Positions 62,740 to 64,000 of a DNA stretch of 64,000 nucleotides are shown here, in pieces; the first letter of the stretch is position 1, and the number at the start of each line of letters is the position of its first letter. Location: NCBI GenBank assembly GCA_021821305.1, contig JAKACP010000001.1:468349-532348 (forward strand), in the 5' to 3' direction. This DNA is from a bacterium (lineage in GTDB: Bacteria; Patescibacteriota; Minisyncoccia; Moranbacterales; UBA1568). A program made the translations under genes and the position numbers. The notes under the pieces were generated by a model. That model worked only from the letters and a program-made list of their open reading frames with translations, did no database searches and was not told the DNA's origin.

Positions 62740-63441
62740 ATGGAAAGTGCAGGAATTGATTTTGTGAAAATCGACCTCGATGGAGCGGAGATCGACCTTC
62801 ATATACATCGCGCTGACAGTGATGCGGTATTGATTATGTATCCCGGTGCCGACGGGGACATCGATGGCTACAATGGAAAATACCGGAAAATCGCCGAACT
62901 CATCCGGTCGCGAAATATCGCGACGGTCGTCCGGATGGACAACCGATATTGTCCTGTCGCCCGTTTGCCATATCAGGAGTCGATGATCGTAAGGCTGGCG
63001 CATGTCATTGAGCACATCTATGACAATGCCGAACGGATAGCGCTGAGGAAAGAGGTCGGTCTATATCTCGCTGGCGTTTCCGCTGGGGCAAGTAGTGTAG
63101 CTGCGGTTCTGGATGATTTTCCGCTTGTGAAGAAAGTTTTGCTCGTCGCGCCTGCCGATAGCGCAGGTCGGGAAAATATGGAGCGCGGACTGCGGAATTA
63201 TAGGGGTGAGTTGTTTCTTGCAGCCGGAGAGGATGACGAAATCGGGGCACTTGACACCGCGCGGTTTTGCCATGACATATCTGGATTCGCTATGAGGAAA
63301 GAAATAGGGATCATTCCCGAGTGCGGCCACCAGTTCCGCGGTGAAAAAAATGGAAGGATTTTGGCGAACGCCTATCTATGGGCTTTTGCTGGCGAGGGAA
63401 ATTTTCCGAGTCACGAGGGTGGCATTGCTTTGTATGAGTAA
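62740..63441 (+). CDS. Alpha/beta hydrolase fold protein
   Basis: GVSAG nucleophile elbow, GEDD, CGHQF (Ser-Asp-His). Confidence 0.8.
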   Translation: MESAGIDFVKIDLDGAEIDLHIHRADSDAVLIMYPGADGDIDGYNGKYRKIAELIRSRNIATVVRMDNRYCPVARLPYQESMIVRLAHVIEHIYDNAERIALRKEVGLYLAGVSAGASSVAAVLDDFPLVKKVLLVAPADSAGRENMERGLRNYRGELFLAAGEDDEIGALDTARFCHDISGFAMRKEIGIIPECGHQFRGEKNGRILANAYLWAFAGEGNFPSHEGGIALYE

Positions 63442-63526
63442 TATGAGCAGAAAAGGAGCTAGATACCCTTTTAGGAAAAACTGATATACTCGGAGCATAA
63501 AAGCGTATAAGTATTAAACAGCCATT

Positions 63527-63694
63527 ATGGACAAGATAAAGATCGAGAATCACAGCTTCACCGGATTCTCGTGGTTCGCCGGATGGCTCTTCACGATCGG
63601 ATTTCTCAAGCTGACATTCTTGAAGGGTGTCCTCGCGCTCGTGCTCTGGCCATACTTCATCGGACAGTACATAAGCGCCGTCGTCGCGGACTGA
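63527..63694 (+). CDS. Small 55-aa membrane protein (not in ORF track)
   Basis: MDKIKIENHSFTGFSWFAGWLFTIGFLKLTFLKGVLALVLWPYFIGQYISAVVAD*; host-like codon usage. Confidence 0.75.
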   Translation: MDKIKIENHSFTGFSWFAGWLFTIGFLKLTFLKGVLALVLWPYFIGQYISAVVAD

Positions 63695-63831
63695 GGCAAG
63701 CGGGAAAGCTACACTCGGGCCATGGCGGCCTCGATCGCGATGAGCTACTGTCGAGCGAATACGCCGCCCGGGTATTACTGCTTCATCACCGACTGTAGTC
63801 CGACCTGACAACGGCGCGGGGGAACCCTTTG

Positions 63832-63862
63832 AGCCGGGTATCGAATGATACCCGGTTTTTTT
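63832..63862 (+). terminator. Intrinsic terminator
   Basis: agccgggtatc-gaat-gatacccggtt followed by a T-run. Confidence 0.8.
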
Positions 63863-63942
63863 ATTTGATGAATGCAGGTACTCATCACGGGGTCGATCCG
63901 CCGGATGTAGGCTGATGCCGTAGTGAGGTGTATCATGACAGC

Positions 63943-64000
63943 ATGACATCGCAACGATACTTTCTTTTCATACTCGCCGCCATCGCATTCCCCCTGGTAA
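63943..64000 (+). CDS. 5' start of a CDS leaving the window
   Basis: ATG 63943 MTSQRYFLFILAAIAFPLV, signal- or TM-like, open to the window edge. Confidence 0.4.
   Translation, partial: MTSQRYFLFILAAIAFPLV

Overview
This is a GC-rich bacterial chromosomal window. Several traits suggest a Patescibacteria (CPR, Parcubacteria-like) genome, by inference: a short AlaRS, short Pgk and HrcA, scattered dcw and ribosomal protein genes, and an FtsA paralogue paired with a baseplate-J-like gene. The backbone is housekeeping: trmD, ftsW-murG-murC-murB, hpf, secA, queA, class A PBP, L,D-transpeptidase, rplI, pyrG, rpmA, scpAB, dac, mraY, pgk, eno, alaS, rplU, recR, dnaB, cysS, corA, yidD and CIRCE-hrcA-grpE-hsp20-dnaK. 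Three accessory regions interrupt it. The first (about 15.6-30.1 kb) holds three secreted proteins sharing an N/TG-rich repeat, a GT2 synthase plus GH18/CBM pair, a CDF transporter, a GIY-YIG gene inside perfect 20-bp inverted repeats fused to the 5' end of tRNA-Ala(CGC), CapA, a desaturase, a MITE and PIN-PhoH. The second (about 47-50 kb) holds ORFans, two of which share a duplicated promoter plus an identical 108-nt structured leader. The third (about 60.2-63.7 kb) is an AT-rich ORFan array after dnaK with repeated junction sequences. The best leads are the tRNA-attached GIY-YIG mini-element, the repeat-protein (putative fibre) operon, the duplicated leader RNA and an unannotated ncRNA at about 9.8 kb. 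All calls come from reading motifs by eye; no searches were run.
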